Of a stretch of 64,000 nucleotides of DNA, positions 61,156-64,000 are shown in pieces. The stretch spans positions 1 through 64,000 of the forward strand of contig CDMY01000368.1 in NCBI GenBank assembly GCA_001179505.1, given 5' to 3'. The notes under the pieces were generated by a model, which did not search any database, had not been told where the DNA came from, and was given only the letters and a program-made list of their open reading frames with translations. Position numbers and translations under genes: made by a program. Every line of letters begins with the position of its first letter. Position 1 is the stretch's first letter. This stretch comes from Vitrella brassicaformis CCMP3155 (lineage: Eukaryota > Protista > Chromerida).

Positions 61156-64000
61156 ATGGAGCTGTGCATGATCACCAGGTGGCTGCTCTTGACGCTCTTC
61201 GGCTGGTCCTGGCGGGTCACAGGCAGCATCCCACGACCATTGGCCTTCATAGGTGGCGCCTCTGGAGGAGCAGCAGCTGTGCGGCGTGGATCTATCAGCG
61301 GCACACACAAGCGGCCGCGACCATGCAGCAGAACAAGGCACGGCACTCCGCTCACCTTGACGACAGTGATGCAAGCAGGGAAGCCATCTGTTTCAGCTGT
61401 GGCCACTAAGCCGCCCAGCCGGGTTCAACCGACCAAGGAGCGTCGACTACTTAATGGCGAGGAGGCGTTATCCGCTGCCGCTCCTGCACCGGTTTCCGAC
61501 TCCACGTCGCCGACCAGCGAGAGTAGCAATTATCGTCCGCCCTCATGGTTGGGTCGTCGGCACACAGCGGAGACCCGCCGGAAGATGTCTGAGGTGCACA
61601 AGAAGAGGAAACCGGTGCCATGGAACAAGGGCAAAAACCTCGACCCAGCACTCAGGGAAAAGATACGAGCTGGTACGGACGTACGTATGGATGCACAGAG
61701 GGACGGACGGACGTAGAGAGGGCGGGAGAGAGTGGTGGGAGGCTGGCTGGCTGGCTGGGTGGGTGGGACAGACACAGCAAGCCACGTACGCACGCTTGAT
61801 GAAGGGATGTCTGTCTGTCTGTCCGTCCATCTGCTTGTGTTGTGTGTTGTATTCTGCCTTGTCTGTCTGCATTCATTCATTTATTGCAATCAGGCGTTGT
61901 GCGGCGGAATGAGATAGAGCTTCAGAAGAAACTCAAGGTGGGTCAAGACTTGAGTTTCTTCTCAGTTTGGGTTGTCTTGAATGACTGGCATCGATGAATT
62001 AATGAATGACTGGCTATAGAAGTTGGGTTTGAGGACACGTGAGGAGTACGACCAGTGGAGGCGACAACAGCGGGTAAGGTGACAACACCTCGACGTGACG
62101 TGCAGCCACCCACCCTGATCTCCTAACTTCTATTAATGCCGTTCTGTGATTCATGTCTGCCTGCCGGCCCCGTGTGTGTGTGTGTGTGTGTGCAGTATTC
62201 GCCTCCCCGTACGAATCGTACGGTGTCAGCTGAGTCGCGCCAAAAGATCTCCGCAACCATGAGACGACACTGGGCCAAACCGGAATTCAGACAAAGGGTC
62301 GGTCAGCCACCAAGACATCCACACGCAAACAAACCTGTTTGTTTCTCTCCTCATTTCCGCTGCCTTTGTTGGCATCGCATCCATCGCTCAGAATTCCGGT
62401 CGTCCTTGTTCCAACAGCACTCGCGCCAAGCTGTCTCGGATCCTCACCAATAAATGGGCACTCGACGATGACTTCAGAAACAAGGTAAGGTACCACACTC
62501 CTGCAGCACTGCACACACTACCCTACCAGCAAACAGACACATCGGCTTAGCGGTCTGTTGTGTGTGCTGTTTGTTGGTGGGCATGGCATGTTCGTTCAGA
62601 CGATCATGGCCCGTTCGCGGGCCCCCTTTCATGGCAACAAGGGCTATCGGCACCCCGAACACGTCAGGCGGAAGTAAGCAAGGAAGGACGTCAGTCAACA
62701 CATCAAGATTGACGGCCGGCCACACCAGACACACACACCTGCGCACCCATCCGTCCATCCGTCCATCAATCTCTCGTGTGTGTGTGTGTGTGTGTGTGTG
62801 TGAGTGCAGGATATCTGCGAGTTTGAAGGCCAAGTGGCAGGAGCCCGAATACCGAGAGGCCATGCAAAAGGCGGTAAGGTCGACTGACTGACTCCCAAAC
62901 AGACAGACAGACAGACACACAGACAGATGCTGTCGCTTGACTGTCTCTGTCTGTCTGTCTGTGTTGGATGTTTGGTTCATTTGTGCAGATTCAGAGTGCG
63001 CTGAGTGACGGTGTCCGTCAGCAGATCGCCGACACGGTGCGGAAGAGGTGGCAGGACCCCCACTACAGGGACAAAATGAAAAGGGCATTCGCCGTTAGGA
63101 CCACACAACACAGACAACGAATCAGCAACTCACTCAAGTAACTAAACCACACACACACACACACTGCAGCCACTCGGCTACCCTCCCTCCCTCCTTGCTT
63201 GTTTACTCACTTGTTCAGGGAGCGTTGGAAGGATGACGATTTCCGCAAGAGGATGGATCTGGCATACGCAGCCTACGCAAGGTGGGCAGGCAAACCGCAT
63301 ACAGTACATGCCTTCCTATCTATAGATAATATAGCTTGCCGGCAACTCAGTTGGTTTCTTGCTGTGTGTGTGTGAATTCATTCGCCCTCACCGTACGTAC
63401 GCTACGTGTCTGTCCCCCACCCCCAATCAGACGGGTAGGCAACACAGCACAGCACAGCACAGCATAGCCCACCCACCATCCACCACCCACCCAACGGCCA
63501 TCAACCCGTCGATGGCGGGGCTGTCGGTTCGCTTCATGTGTTGACTGACGCGTGTGTGTGTGTGTGTGTGCTGTCTGTGCAGAGGACTCAGACGGGTCCG
63601 TTGAGCGATGAGGTGCGGACCAAGATATCCGAGACACTCAAACGCAGATGGGCCGACCCTGAATTCAGAAGACAGGTGCGTATCCATCGTAACTATCGAG
63701 TGGATGGGATATACTACACAGCACGCCTAACCTCTAACCATGCCATATATGCTGTGGTCGCATTCATTCATTCATTCATTTATCGTGTGTGTGTGTGTGT
63801 GTGTACTGCACGTCTGCCTGGTGGTCCATCCATCCATCCATGCTGCATGGATCGATCAGCGCGGCGTGTCTCAGTCTCACAGCAGGGTGGACCAGCAGCG
63901 AGTCTGGAATGAAATATACCAGGAGATACTTCGGTAAATACGCCAGTGAGGGAGTCAGTGAGGGACAGACACGGAACCCTCCTGCCTGCCTGCCGACGGA
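61156..64000 (+). CDS. Probable plastid-targeted NUMOD3/IENR2-repeat nucleic-acid-binding protein (truncated by window end)
   Basis: Signal + LAF transit (MELCMITRWLLLTLFGWSWRVTGSIPRPLAF); RRHTAETRRKMSEVHK..PWNKGK; then at least 6 copies of x-S/H-x2-R-x-K(I/L)S-x2-(L/M)-x3-W-x-(D/K/E)(P/D)x(F/Y)R spread over short exons 62216-63675. Confidence 0.8.

Noticed and set aside
61156-64000. Mobile homing endonuclease gene
   Set aside because: No GIY-YIG/HNH/LAGLIDADG motif in the window; the gene has many spliceosomal introns and a targeting presequence.
1-64000. rRNA, tRNA, CRISPR arrays, spliced-leader repeats
   Set aside because: None recognisable by eye; a covariance-model search was not possible.

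Overview
Eukaryotic nuclear DNA: GC-rich, intron-dense (many ~50-150 nt introns filled with GT/CA, CAGA, CCAT microsatellites), with three 300-N scaffold gaps. Intron style, bipartite plastid-targeting presequences and gene content point to a chromerid alveolate, most likely Vitrella brassicaformis (inference, not verified). Splicing the ORF fragments by eye gives about 14 multi-exon genes plus a 5'-truncated CRE-clade non-LTR retrotransposon at the left edge. In order: a secreted 'DEGRAM'-type S8/S53-like protease fused to Ig-like, C-type lectin, PAN and Kunitz domains; a degenerate kinase; an ABC1/ADCK kinase; a DUF1769 protein; an expansin-like + trefoil protein; an LRR/coiled-coil protein; a hypothetical protein; a 4-TM receptor-like protein (Cache-HAMP)x2-TPR-like-VWA; lycopene cyclase; a polycystin-1/GPS-type adhesion protein; a PP2C-like probable pseudophosphatase; a tandem Tim21/Coa1-like protein; a divergent kinase; and a NUMOD3-repeat protein running off the right edge. 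No rRNA, tRNA, CRISPR or prokaryotic operon structure was seen. All gene models are manual splice reconstructions, domain calls come from remembered motifs (no database search was run), and terminal coordinates are approximate where stated.
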